From: Squalus acanthias
Taxonomy: Eukaryota
Direction: 5' to 3'
NCBI GenBank assembly: GCA_030390025.1
Contig: CM059432.1
Coordinates: 20,462,001 to 20,526,000, forward strand
Length of the DNA: 64,000 nt
The position numbers and the translations under genes are program-made. Positions within the stretch are counted from its first letter, which is position 1; every line of letters starts with the position of its first letter. Below the pieces are notes generated by a model. It did no database searches and had not been told where the DNA came from. It saw nothing but the letters and a program-made list of their open reading frames with translations. Below are positions 49,435-62,635 of the stretch, piece after piece.

Positions 49435-49900
49435 TATTTTATTTATTCATTCATGGGATGTGGGTGTCGCTGCCAAGGCCAGCATTTATTGCTCATTCTG
49501 TCACTGGCAAGGCCTGCCCATCCCTTTTGTCCTTGAGAAGATGATGGTAGGCCTTCATCTTGAACCGTTGCAGGCTGTGTGGTGAAGGTGCTCCCACAAT
49601 GCTATTAGGTAGGGAGTTCCAGGATGTTGACCCAGCAATGATGAAGAAATGGCGATATACGTCCAAGTCAGAATGGTGCGAGACACGGAGGGGAACTTGG
49701 GTATGATGGTGTTCCCATGCACATGCTGCCCTTGATCTTCTAGGTGGTGGAGGTCGTGGGTTTGGGAGGTGCTGCCAAAGAAGCCTTGGTGACTTGCAGT
49801 GTAACCTGTAGACAGTACACACTGCAGCCACGGTGCGTCAGTGGAGGGAGCCACTTGCCACAGAAGACCCAGCCTCTGACATGCTTTAATAGCCCTGGAA
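49435..49900 (-). mobile_element. Family-2 LINE 3' fragment
   Basis: AAVCTVYRLHC..FIIAGSTSWNSLPNSIVG. Confidence 0.85.
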
Positions 49901-51149
49901 TTTACATTTAAGTGGGGAGATTTGAGTGAATAAATCACCGCGGGATTGGAAGGGCATGAGATAACAAAGACTTTAAATGAGAGATGGGAGGGGTGGAAGA
50001 GGGTTAGATATTTGAAGAAAAGAGACCAGAGGTGTAAGGAGAAAGCTGTGACGAGTCTAATTGATGAGAGCTATGCTGCTGCCAAAGTAGAGGAAGTAGT
50101 GCAACATTGTTTCTAACTCTCCTACTCTTAAGAGGTGCTCCCCTAGTGGCCACAGCAGATCTTGTGAACAGCTGCTGTTCCTCATGTGAGGACCTTTGAC
50201 ATGCTCGTGGGTGGGGGGACTCATCTTTGCAGCCAACAAGACTTCCACAGTAGTTCTGTAAGAAATGCAAGCATGGGCTACAACCTCGCTTTAAGAGGTG
50301 CCTCCCCGCTTTAAGTAGGCATTGGGAATCGCTGCAGAAATTGCGTGTGACAGATGGGTGGGCTGCCCCATTCTATAGGCGATCGGAATCGCTCACATCC
50401 TTCAAATTTTAATGAGACCTAGGTGATAAAGTGGTCCGGGCCTCACGTTGACAATATTTTAGGGGCTTGCTGCTCGCCCCGTCAACCCCCCACCCACCCA
50501 ATTCCCACCTTGAGTTAAAATCCACCCTATGCTCATAGTTTAAAAAGGTCCTGTTTGCAAGGGAGCGACCTTGCTGAAGGGTGGTGTGCAATGTTCCCTC
50601 TATTTTTTTTGTTTGGCCCGCGTGGATCTTTTAACGGCTGCACAGGCTATTCAAAATTCTGCACATGCGCGTTTTTTCTATTTAAAAGCCGGCTCACTGG
50701 CTACACGGGACTTTCAGAGTGCTGCGCGGCCAAGCATTGGTGGTATGGAATAGATTGATGGCTGAAGACTCTCTTGGAAACTCCATCCAGAGATAACATA
50801 AAATGTTTATCTCTCACTGGTGAGATGAGAGCACTCTTTTGTTAACAGATGTTCCTGTTCCAAAGCAGATTTTTGTGTCTTGAACAGTGTAACTAGGCAA
50901 TATTTATGTATGAATGGGGATTGGGTATAAGCTTATAAACTTACATCTTCACTGTAACCATGGTGATACAAGTTCTTTTCCTTGGTGAAAAAGATCTGTA
51001 GAAAGACAATCTTCAGAGATGGAAAACATTTGAGCAGTTTACAAAGGTATCGAAAATCGAGTTCAAGATGCCATGCCCTTCAATTCATCAGAGAGAATAA
51101 TGAAGTACATGAAGACAGATTTTGGAAAAATAGTATAGTAGGTTGCTAT

Positions 51150-52285
51150 AACAACAACAACTTGCATTTATATAGCGTCTTTAATGTAGTAAAACATCCC
51201 AAGGTGCTTCACAGGAGCGATTATCAAACAAAATTTGACACCAAGGAGATATTAGGACAGGTAACCAAAAGCTTGGTCAAAGAAGTAGGTTTTAAGGAAT
51301 GTTTTCAAGGAGGAGAGGCGGAGAGGTTGAGGGTGGGAATTCCAGAGCTTAGAGCCTAGGCAGCTGAAGGCACAGCCGCCAATGATGGATTGAAGAAAAT
51401 CGTGATGTCTAACAGGCCAGAAATGGAGAAGCACAGGGAACGCGGAGGATTCTAGGGCTGGAGCAGGTTACAGAGATAGGGATGGGTGAGGCCAAAAAGG
51501 GATTTGAAAACAAGGATGAGAGTTTTAAAATTGAGGCGTTGCCGGACAGGGAGCCAATGTAAGTCAGCGGGCATAGGGGTGCCATGTGAATGGGACTTGG
51601 TGCGAGTTCGGATACGGGCAGCAGAGGATGAGCTCAAGTTTATGGAGGGTGCAATGTGGGAGGTCAACCAGGAGCACATTGGAATAGTCAAGTCTAGAGG
51701 TTACAAAGGCATTGATGAGGGTTTCAGCAACAGCTGAGCTGAGGCAGGGGCAGAGTTGGGTGATGTTACGGAGGTGGAAGTAGGCAGTCTAAGTGATGGT
51801 GAGGATATGGGGTCCACAGCTGAGCTCAGGGTCAAATGGTACACCAAGGTTGCGAACAGTCTGGTTCAACGTCAAAGAGAGTGGCCAGGGAGCGGGATGG
51901 AGTTGGTGGCTCGGAAACGGAGTTTGTGGCGGGGTCCAAAGACAATGGCTTTGGTCTTCCCAATATTTAATTGGAGGAAATTTCTGCTCATCCAGTCAGA
52001 CAAATCAAAGGCAGTGAGGTCAAGAGAGGTGGTGGTGAGGTAGAGCTGGGTGTCGTCAGCGTACATGTGGAACCTGAGGTTCTGTTGCCGAGGTGCAGCA
52101 TGTAGATGAGAAATAGGAGGGGGGGGGTGAAGGATAGATCCTTGGGGAACTCCAGAAGTAACAGTGAGGGAGCAGGAAGAGAAGCCATTGCAGGTGATTC
52201 TCTGCCTACGACTGGATAGATAGGAATTTAATCAGGCGAGAGCAGTCCCACCCAGCTGGACAATGAGAAGATGCATAGGAGGATA
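51150..52285 (-). mobile_element. L2-type LINE 3' fragment
   Basis: HMYADDTQLYL, WMSRNFLQLNIGKTK, LHWLPVRQRLNFKTL and FKTFLKT-like 3' end, followed by an (AAC)n tail. Confidence 0.9.
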
Positions 52286-52932
52286 AAGCTTTATGTTTGT
52301 CTATTTCTTCCTATTGTCTGAGAATTACCAACAATACATTTAGAAGAACATGTAGATGTTAAATACGGTGGGGTACATCTGTATTATGTTGGAATAGTTA
52401 CTGCAGAATGAGCCCCAGACATTGCATTTGATATTCTCTCACGATGGAGCACAAAACCTCCGAGAGGCTTTACGTTGATGGATAATGCGCAGCAAAGCCT
52501 GAGAGATGAACAAGCATGTGGTGCAACTGTATAAATACATTTTCAACTCAATCAGTGCGTCTGCTCATTGAGCTGTCTCATCAGAGACATCAGTGTGACA
52601 GCTCTCCCTGTGCTCTTGCATTCCACAATAAGGGAGCATAAATTAAATATAATAATTGTTGCAGTAGAACACATTTGTACCACTTCATGTCCATGTATTA
52701 TCTTTTGAGTAACATGGTGTGCCGCTGGGCAGTCTAACAACAGAGAAGGGCCAAGTTAGATCAAAGTGGAAGTGCAGACAATAAATCAACTCCCCATCAG
52801 AATGCATTTTCCCTCTTTGTTACACAGCACCACAATACACTCCTAGTCCTGTGCTAACCATACACAACCAAACTTACATCAGCCTCTAATCCAGCTGATC
52901 TATAGAACAATGAGTAGCTTTAGCATAAAAAG

Positions 52933-53378
52933 AGAAGCTTGCATTTATATAGCGCCTTTCACGACCTCAAGACATCCCAAAGCGCTTTATGAAGCCAATG
53001 AAGTACTGTCACTGTTGTAATGCAGGAAATGCGGCAGCCAATTTGCACACAACAGGCTCCCACAAACAGCAATGTGATAATGACCAAATAATCTGTTTTA
53101 GTGATGTTGATTGAGGGATAAATATAAGCCAGGATCCCCCTGTTTTTCTTTGAAATAGAGCCATGTGATCTTTTACATCCACCTGATAGAGCAGACAGGG
53201 TCTCCATTTAACATCTCATTCAAAAGACAGCACCTCCGACAGTGCAGCACTCCCTCAGTATTGCACTGGAGTGTCAGCCTAGATTTTTGTACACAAGTCT
53301 CCAGAGTGGGACTCGAAACCCACAACTTTCTTATCTCAAAGGCAAGGGTGCTACCAACTGAGCCACAGCTGAGACTGT
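52933..53378 (-). mobile_element. Deu-domain SINE (SacSINE1-like)
   Basis: tRNA head TGGCTCAGTTGG..GTTTCGAGTCC, central GAGGGAGTGCTGCACTGTCGGAGGTGC block, and an L2-like tail GGCGCTATATAAATGCAAG. Confidence 0.8.
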
Positions 53379-53904
53379 CGTATAGGATAAGAGATGTTTA
53401 AAGTCATGAAGGAAATTGACAGGATAGCAAGGGAATGACTCCTCTCCAGTAGGGAAATCAAAAACAAGGTGACATAAGAATTTAGAATTCAAACTAAGCC
53501 AGTTAAAAATAAATCCAGGAAACAATTCTAAAATTGTACTTTCTTAATCCCAAACGCCTAGCCTTTGGCCCTCCAATAGTTCTGCAGCCATTGATCTTCT
53601 CAAATACTCTCTCACATCCACCTTTGATCCCCTTGTTACCAGCAAAACCTACTGGGCTAGAAATTCATTTCATAGCGCTCGATCTTTTAGCACTACGGGT
53701 GCCATATTTTGAAGAAAATGGCGTCCGCGCCGCGCGAGCGCACTTCTGCCGCGCCAGACACCACCTTGGTGAGGGTGTTAGCGTCGGCGCTGGGAGCCAG
53801 AAGTATGTAGAGTAGGCACATCGCGACATCAACCGTGTTCAGCACATCATGATGGTGAATGGTATCCTGGCAGCAGTCAGATGCTTTTATTCTGCGCCTG
53901 TCTG

Positions 53905-54475
53905 CTGTTCCTGCAGTCTTTTAGCTGCCAAGATAAACCAGAGCATGGCTACTGGGCGACAAGGGCTATCTGCTGACCACCTGGCTCATGACTCCACTCC
54001 ACAACCCAAGCACGTGTGGGCAGCATGCGTACAATGAGAGCCGTGCTGCCACACGGAATCTGATCGAGCAGACCATTGGCGTCCTTCAACAATGCTACTG
54101 CTGCCTGGCCCGCTCTGGAGGAGCCCTGCAGTACTCACCAGAACTCGTCTCAAGATCGGTCGTGGTCTGCTGCCTGCTCCACAACCTCGCCATCATGGGG
54201 GCACAGCCCTTGCCACCAGGCATACTGCGACCAGCTGAGGAGGAAGAGGAGGACGAAGAGGATGAGGAGGAGGACTGGAAGAGGAGGAGGAATGGAAGAG
54301 GAGGAGGAAGAAGAGGAGGAGGAGGAGGACTGGAAGAGGAGGAGGAGGAAGAGGACGAGGAGGAGGAATGGAAGAGGAGGAGGAGGAAGAGGTAGAGGAA
54401 GGGAGGAGGCAACCCAGACAGCTCCTTTCTGCATGGGCTGTCTGTGATCGACTCATCCAACTATGGTACAAGTAA
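53905..54475 (+). pseudogene. C-terminal half of a HARBI1-like nuclease
   Basis: WLLGDKGY..WLMTPLHNP..YNESRAATRNLIEQTIG..SGGALQYSP..CCLLHNLA, followed by an acidic tail. Confidence 0.88.
54237..54408. repeat. Imperfect (GAG/GAA)n purine repeat, an expanded poly-Glu tail
   Basis: Read directly; includes recurring GACTGGAAGAGGAGG and GAATGGAAGAGGAGG units. Confidence 0.9.
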
Positions 54476-54644
54476 ACGCATCCCCAATTCCCCATTCAAC
54501 AATAGTCCCACACCTTCCCTTCCCTCTGTTGCTGACCATCACAGCGTTCTCTTGGCCACAATGCTGAAATAAAAGCCACCAGAAAAGAAACATTCCAATC
54601 CAACTTTATCCATCAATCCATCCAATATTACATAACAAAGTCAA

Positions 54645-56540
54645 CTAATTGCCCTTGTGCATTCCTTTATTGCCTGTCTTGCGTGTACCTTTTCCTGTCC
54701 TAGTGCTCCTATGAAGAGCTACCACAGTGATTACAGCATAGCTGGTGGAAGGCTGCTGACTTTCAATGGGGGAGATGGCAGATGGCCTTGCAGGACGACC
54801 TTGAGCACTTCTGGGCCTAGAAGGCACGGCTGCGGACTGCACCACCTCGGCATGGGCAGCAGCAGTCTGGACTGGCTGGCTGACAGGCAACAGCAAGAGC
54901 ACTGGCAGAGCGGCAGTGGTGGGAGGACAAATGCTGTCATCCTGAGAGAGGAGAGCAGGTTCTTGCTCCACAGAACCACTGCCACTCCCCCGGGGTGGCG
55001 GCTCAGTATTCCTAGCCATCTGTTGAAGGACAGATTGCTGGACTGCAGTGACACCCTGCAAGCCACTTTCAACACTGGTAAACCCAGCCACGATGGCAGC
55101 TGTCTGAGCTAGCATGACAGAAATCTGAGCTTCAACAGCAGAACTGAGACGTTGGGTGCCTTCTGATGGTGCTGCAATGGAAGCTGAGACATCAGGCATC
55201 AGACGCTGCATCATGGTTGGGTCCACAAGTGCGCTAATGGATCTGCCCACCCCTTCCATGCTGGAAATCATGGGTTCCCAGCTCTGTGCAAAGCCCTGTG
55301 CAAGGTTGGTGCCGGACTCCTCCATGCTCCTTGAAATTGCACTCAGGCTTTCTGGCAGGCCTGCCAATGCACCTAACATTTTGTTGTGCATACCCATTAG
55401 TGTTCTTCTGTAGGTCACCCCATCGGAGTCCTCATCCGAGTCCTCTGCAGCAGAACTCATGTGTGGCCTTGTCCTCCAGGGAGCTGGCACCTGCACTAGG
55501 CTTTTCCCTGCCCTGGCTGTAGCCTATTCATGCTCGGTGACACACCACGTGCAGATCCCACCTCAAAGCTACCCTCTGAACTCCACGCAGTGCCAGGATC
55601 TGAGCCAGTGGCTATGAGTGTCCGATCGAGTGACGGTGTTTCTTCTTCTTCATCACGCTCCTCTGCCTCTTGCTCTTGCACCACTGGCTGGGCAGTTTGC
55701 ATTTCTTGGTTATCTGAAATGAGAAAGGCACATAGTAGGGTTGTGGTGAGGGGCGGGGTGGGGGGGGGGTTGGTAAAGCAAGAGGTGCATGCTTACACCA
55801 TGTGCAGCTTGTAAATCAGAAGAGATTGTGGGATGAGGAGGAAGTGGGATGTGAGAAGGAGGATTAGGTGTGAGGATACTATCATCTTAGATTGCTCAAT
55901 CCCACCGCTGGCCACGGGCTCAGTGATTGCCCTCCCAGGAATGGCCAGCACCATCTCCTCCATGGGTGTCAGGTTATGCAGGCGTGCCTGTGCCCCTTCG
56001 GGTAGCCCCTGCTGGATCCAGTTGTGAGCCACATTGTTCTGAAAGAGGAAGGGAAATGTGTCAGTGAATGTGGTGCAATGTGTTTGGGTGATGTGCCTGT
56101 CATGGTTGAATAGCTGATAGTGTGTGCAAGCTGTGAGATGTGGGTGTGAGGCTTGCAGCAGTGGTAAGTGTGTGAGAGTGAGGTGAAACTATGAATGTGA
56201 TGTACGAGTTGTGTTTGGTAGAGATTGTTGGTAGGTGAGTGATGGGGATGTGCTGCATATGATAATGGGATATGGCATTTGAAGATGAATTCACTGACCT
56301 TGACCACTTGTGTGAGGTCATTAAACTTCTTCCTGCACTGTGTCCACGTCCTCGGGGCTACACTGCTGGCATTCACCACAGTGGCTACCTGTTCCCCTAC
56401 ACTTTGCACTGTTGCCTGAAGGGCCTCCTGGCCCCCTGTGGAAAGAGGACCTCTCTCCTCTTATCCACCTCCTGCACCAAGGCATCCAGCGCTGCATCCG
56501 AGAACCTTGGTGCATGCTCTCTCCCCTGTTGTGCCAACAT
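54645..56540 (-). pseudogene. Three-exon Myb/SANT-like gene of element D, disrupted
   Basis: Exon 1 56540-56299 (APRFSDAALDALVQEVDKRREVLF..RTWTQCRKKFNDL, donor GTCAGT). Exon 2 56038-~55880. Exon 3 55713-54645. Frameshifts are present. Confidence 0.85.
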
Positions 56541-57329
56541 TGATTGTTCTTCACTCTCTTCCCCAGCCAGTTCAATGATCTGCTACAGGCAGAATGCACC
56601 TCCCCTTTAAGGGGTGCAGACTGCCTTTAAGTAGTGCAGGGTAGCTTTCCGTGCTGCTCGCCTCGCACGAACTTGTGCCCCCTGCTGAGTGTTCAGGCAC
56701 TCAGTCGTGCGTTCAGTGCTGGGCTGAATGCCACAATCATGGAAATCAGCAGGCGGCACAAGGTTCGCGGGCTGCCTGCATTCCTCTGAATGGACATGGG
56801 TTGATCGTGCGTCACCATCCCTGGGCCCGTTTTCGGGGGCAAACCAATTTCTAGTTGAACCCTTTACTATGGCGCCTCATCTTCGCTTCCTCAGGTCCAA
56901 GGGGCGTAGATTTAAGCGCATCTGATGCACAATTGGTTTTGCCATCCATCACCAGATCTAGCTGGGCCACTTCAAGTGCTATTTGGCCTAATTTCTGTGC
57001 CAAAACCATTCACAATTCCAGGAACATCCTGGAAAGTAAAGATAACCGCTGCCTTATTTTCTGCACTACCAACCGTCCCCTTAAACTCCTCCCTCTTGTC
57101 TACACCCTCACTTTTAATAGCGTGCGAGGTGCTCATGGCTGCTTTACCACTAAGATTGACTCAGCTGCTTTCCCCCTTCCTCTATCCCTAATCTCACACC
57201 AGGCTCCCTCCTGCCTTAACCAGCATCTCTCTTCAATTTCTCTCCTATATCCCCCAATGCCCTCTCTGAGATCACTGTGATTGAGACCCTCCATTCAGTT
57301 GTCTCAGCTGTTTTCCCAGTAAATAAAAA

Positions 57330-57666
57330 TACATTTTTACTTACCTTTTCCATGGTGGCAACTTGCTAGGCCCGCAGGGATGCCTGGAAAACCCGAACAG
57401 AGCGCCCAGTGCCTGCACCACTCAAACTAGCCCAATTTGGCACTGGGCATTTTCAACATGTGTTAGGCCTCTGATTACCATGCGCAAAGGGCCTAATGGC
57501 AGTTGAAGTCGGCTGCCTGGAACATCTAAAAAATGGCCCCGACAAATTTAACAGTGGGCTGAACACCTGCACAGCTTGGGCACAGGTCGTCCCACTGTTC
57601 AATTGGTCAGTATTGCGCCAGTACTACACCCAAAATATGGGTGTTACGCCTGCCAATTTCTACCCC
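57330..57666. mobile_element. Partial Harbinger-type MITE end
   Basis: Terminal AATTTCTACCCC preceded by an ACACCCA..TGGGTGT palindrome. Confidence 0.5.
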
Positions 57667-57867
57667 TTTAACTTTTCAGATGATACCGAAATAGGAAGGA
57701 GAGCAATGTGACCAAATTAAGAAGGATTGCGATCTGTTTAGATAACTATGCCAAGAGCAGCAGATGTAGTTCAATGTCCAATATAATGATCAGGAAAGAT
57801 TTCAAGATTGTTGTTGATAAATCCATGAAACTGCCAACACGATGTTTGGTAAAGTGAAGAACATTTA

Positions 57868-60290
57868 CTTTATTCGTGCATGGGATGTGGATGTCGCTGG
57901 CAAATCCAGCATTTATTGCCCATCCCTAATTGCCTTTGAGAAGGTGGTGGTGCGCTGCCTTCTTGAAACACTGCAGTCTGTGTGGTGAAGGTACTCCCAT
58001 AGTGTTGTTAGGGAGGGAGTTCCAGGATTTTGACCCAGTGACGATGAAGGTACGGCGATATATTTCTAGTTCAGGATGGTGTGTGACTTGAAGGGAAACT
58101 TGGAAGTGATGGTGTTCCAATGCGCCTGCTGCCCTTGTCCTTCTAGATGGTAGAGGTCGCGGGTTTGGGAGTTGCTGTCGAAGAAGCCTTGGCGAGTTGT
58201 TACAGTGCATCTTATAGGGATATGGAAATCGGGCGGGAAAGTGGAGTTGAGGTCGATGTTCAGCCATGATCTTATTGAATGGCGGAGCAGGCTCGAGAGG
58301 CCATATGGCCTACTCCTCTTATTTCTTATGTTCTTATTATGTACAGATTGCAGCCACAGTGCACCAGTGATGGAGGGAGTGAATGTTTAAGGTGGTGGAT
58401 GGGGTGCCAAGCAAGCGGGCTGCTTTGTCCTGGATGGTGTCGAGCTTTTTGAGTGTTGTTGGAGCTGCACTCATCTAGGCAAGTGGAGGGTATTCCATCA
58501 CACTCCTGACTTGTGCCTTGTAGATGGTGGAAAGGCTTTGGGGAGTCAGGAGGTGAGACACTTGCCGCAGAATACCCAGCCTCTGACCGGCTCTTGTCAC
58601 AGCAGTTACGTAACTGGTCCAGTTAAGTTTCTGGTCAATGGTGACCCCCAGCAGGTTGATGGTGGGGGTTTCAGCAATGGTAATGCTGTTGAATGTCAAG
58701 GGGCAGTGGTTAGACTCTCTCCTGTTGGAGATAGTCATTGTCTGGCACTTGTGTAGTGCGAATGTTACCAGCCACTTATCAACCGAAGCCTGAATATTGT
58801 CTAGGTCTTGCTGCATGCGGGCATGGACTGCTTCAATATCTGAGGAGTTGCGAATGAAACTGAACACTGTGCAATCATCAATGAACAGCCCCACTTCTGA
58901 CCTTATGATGGAGGGAAGGTCATTGATGAAGCAGCTAAAGATGGTTGGATCTGGGACACTGCCCTGAGGAACTCCTGCAGCGATGTCCTGGGGCTGAGAT
59001 GATTAGCCTCCAACAACCACAACCATCTTCCTTTGTGCTAGGTATGACTCCAGCCAGTGGAGAGTTTTCCCCCTGATTCACATTAACTTCAATTTTTCTA
59101 GGGCTCCTTGATGCCACACTCAGTCAAATGCTGCCTTGATGTCAAGGGTAGTCACTCTCACCTCACCTCTGGAATTCAGCTCTTTTGTCCATGTTTGGAC
59201 CAAGGCTGTGATGAGGTCTGGAGCCGAGTGGTTCTGGCGGAATCCAAACTGAGCATTGGTGAGCAGGTTATTGGTGAGTAAGTGCCGTTTGATAGCAAAG
59301 TCGATGACACCTTCCATCACTTTGCTGAGGATTGAGAGTAGACTGATGGGACGGTAATTGGGTGGATTGGATTTGTCCTGTTTTTTGTGGACAGGACATA
59401 CCTGGGCAATTTTCCACATTGTCGGGTAGATGCCAGTGTTGTAGCTGTACTGGAACAGCTTGGCTAGAGGTGCGACTAGTTCTGGAGCATGACAGCCGGG
59501 ATGTTGTCGGGGCCCTTAGCCTTTGCTGTATCCAGTGCACTCAGCCATTTCTAGAGAGCACATGGAGTGAATTGAATTGGCTGAAGACTGATTTTGTAGT
59601 GGTGGGGACATCAGGAGGAGGCCGAGATGGATCATCTATTTGGCACTTCTGGCTGAAGATGGTTGCAAAAGCTTCAACCTTGTCTTTTGCACTCATGTGC
59701 TGGGCTCCGCCATCATTAAGGATGGGGATATTCATGGAGCCTCCTCCTCTTGTTAGTTGTTTAATTGTCCACCACCATTCACGACTGGGTGTGGCAGGAC
59801 TGCAGAGCTTTGATCTGATCCGTTGGTTGTGGGATCACTTCGCTCTGTCTATAGCATGCTGTTTCTGCTCTTTAGCATGTATGTAGCCCTGTGTTGTAGC
59901 TTCACCAGGTTGGCACCTCATTTTTAGGTACACCTGGTGCTGCTCCTAGCATGCTCTTCGACACTCCACATTGAACCAGGGTTGGTCCCCTGGCATGATG
60001 GTAATGGGGGATATGCTGGGCCATGAGGTTACAGATTGTGGTGGAATACAATTCTGCTGCTGCTGATGGTCCACAGCACCTCATGGATGCCCAGATTTGA
60101 GCTGCTAGATCTGTTCTGAATCTATCCCATTTAGCACGGTGGTAGTGCCACACAACACGATGGAGGGTGTTCTCAGTGTGAAGACGGGACTTCGTCTCCA
60201 CAAGGACTGTGTGGTGGTCACTCCTACCAATACTGTCATGGACAGATACATCTGCGACAGGTAGATTGGTGAGAATGAGGTCAAGTAGGT
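57868..60290 (-). mobile_element. Family-2 CR1-group LINE, 2.4-kb 3' part (end of endonuclease + RT)
   Basis: LDLILTNLP..IGRSDH, NYRPISLLSILSKVME, QFGFRQ, LDIKAAFD and GLFIDDCT. Confidence 0.9.
58218..58337 (+). mobile_element. 120-bp CR1 tail-only insertion within the family-2 LINE
   Basis: Near-identical to the reverse complement of 10299-10421. Confidence 0.85.
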
Positions 60291-61769
60291 ACATAAGTAC
60301 TGAGTTATATTAACAAAGGTGTAGAACACAAATCAAAAGAGGTCATATTATTGCTATGTAAGTTATTGCTCAGATCTCATCTGAAGTACTATATACAGTT
60401 CTGGTCAGAAATGATAAAAAGTGCATTATTCCCTTTGAAAGGACACACATTGTTCACGGAGTATGACGCAAAATATTCCTGTGTCAACTTTTATTTGTTT
60501 GTAATGTTTGGTTTCTTGAAATAAAATGTGGAAGGGAAAATGTTTTTAGGGAGTCAGGAGTAAGAAGTTAGGCAGAAGGTTTTGATACAAAAACTATTAG
60601 ACTTTTTAGAATACTTTTAAGTGGACAGCAGAAATAAGTTCGAGGCAGTTTGATGTGTTTCCGGAGAGAAAAGTGATTGAGAGAAAAGGTGTAGTTGAGA
60701 TCTATAAAAAAGGGATGGGCTCATTGGTCCTAATGGCCTTTAATTGTCCCTCAAATTCTTAAGTTAATCAATTCTTACATCAACTACTGTCTTGTTAAGG
60801 CTAGAATTATTTTTGTCCATTTTTAGTAAATAAAGAGAATTCTTCTCAATGTTCTTTGCATGGTAGTTTTGAAAAGTGACATATACCAACTGTGTTGAGG
60901 TTTTGACAGTGAAATGTATAATTATCGAGTCATCATCACAATTCTTTGCTGATACTTGTTCTTGTTTGAAACATCATCTTCGATGAATAGAGATTCGCAA
61001 GTTACACTGTTAAAAACAGCACTGATCTGCACAGATAAGGTCACTTTTTATTATGTATTTAACACTGCAGTGTGAATCAGACATGGATCATTATAATCAG
61101 TCAATTGCAAACAATGAACCATGTGAAAACTTACTATGTACAACCTGGTTGGAGTGACAGCTTCATGCTTCACTGTAACTGGGACCGATCACTGTACTGT
61201 CTAATCAGGACAAAAATAGAATAATGATCTTTTTGGTATAGAGTGTGTGATAGGTCACTGTAAGATAGGGAGTTACTTCGTTACTGAGTCACCTACAGAA
61301 TTATTTGATGACATGTTATTGTGTCATCCATCACACAAAATCTGCATCTGAAAAGAACAGGAGGCCAAAGTGCTTTTCAAGGAAGAAAAGTATCTGTAAT
61401 CAGTAATCATTCAACTACTCGAATGAGATCAGTTGCTGAATGATTGACCAATGTGGAGCCGAACCATACAAAGCAAGAAGTTCTCTGAGTTAGCTGATCT
61501 CAGTGGTAGGGGTATTGCAATTGGCCACAGGCCTTTGGGCTAGGGAACAGAAAAATATCAGTGAGATTCCAGCTCCTGATTGCTATTCAATGCCTTACAT
61601 TACAACAGTGACTACACTTCAAAAGTACTTAATTGGCTTGTAGAATGCTTTGGGACGTCCTGAGGTTGCGAAAGGTGCTATTAAATGCAGGTCTTATTTT
61701 CTTTTCTTTCAAGAAAGTGCATGTGCATGGGCATCACATGAGGACAGGATGAGGTACAGTTCAATACTA

Positions 61770-62400
61770 AAGGTACAGTAGCCTAGTGGTTATTGTACTG
61801 GCCTAGCAACCTAGAGGTCATTAGAATTACCTTCTCTCTGTATCCACTCGATCAAAACATTTCATAATTTTATAGACCTCTATTAGGTCACCCCTCAGCC
61901 TTCTTTTTTCAAGAGAAAAGAGACCCAGCCTATTCATCCTTTCCTGATATGTATACCATCGGATTTCTGGTATCATCCTTGTAAATCTTCTCTGTACCCT
62001 CTCCAGTGCCTCTATATCTTTTTTATAATATGGCGACCAGAACTGCACGCAGTACTCTAAGTGTGGTCTAACCAAGGTTTGATACAGGTTTAGCATAACT
62101 TCCCTACTTTTCAATTTGTTCAAGTCTCACCATGGAAAATGAGGAAATTGTTTTCAATAAATCTTGTTATTTCTGTGCTAGCATTAGAAAAATGAAAGTT
62201 GATTAAAAATCCAACTGATTAAATAGTATCATTCAGGGAAGGGACCTGCCACCCCTACCTGGTCTGGCCTCCATTTGACTCCAGTCCCACACTATCTGGA
62301 CATATGAGGACACTTAATGCCTGCAGGCCCAACTACAGATGGTCAATAAATAATGCCTTGCCAGTGTTGCCCACATCCTAATGACAAATAAAAAAAAAAC
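61770..62400 (+). mobile_element. Decayed tRNA-derived SINE (2513-2903 family) split by a CR1 fragment (61830-62116, minus)
   Basis: A-box TAGCCTAGTGG before the insert and GTTCAAGTC after it, with matching body and tail. The insert codes REVMLNLYQTLVRPHLEYC. Confidence 0.75.
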
Positions 62401-62635
62401 AGATATTGGTGCAAAGACAGTCAAGAAACAGGAAAAGGTCCATCAAGCCTGCACCACAAAGTTGTGATGCTTTAAGCATCATTACTCACAACACCCCCAA
62501 CCACCAGCAACCATGTAATCTCCTGGGAGAGGCTACAAAACTGAATTTAGAAGAAAAAAATCTGGAAACGTCCCCTCTGATCCCCTTGCCTATGAATCAG
62601 AATGTTTTCATTGACTGTAAAGCATATTGGGGTGG

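Larger units (their letters stand above)
53654..56857 (+). mobile_element. Harbinger element D, deleted for the nuclease N-terminal half
   Basis: Left end GGGCTAGAAATT, right end AATTTCTAG (9-bp match, no TSD resolved). Same convergent two-gene layout as A. Confidence 0.85.

Noticed and set aside
54076..54495. Arg/Ser/Pro-rich ORFs
   Set aside because: These are alternative frames of a GAG microsatellite.
57655..57666. Alternative right TIR for element D
   Set aside because: It matches the left TIR 11/12, but no TSD is present and unrelated L2-like sequence intervenes, so I treat it as a separate MITE end.
60760..61006. Minus-strand coding exon after a TTTTTAACAG acceptor
   Set aside because: All three frames stop within about 30 codons.
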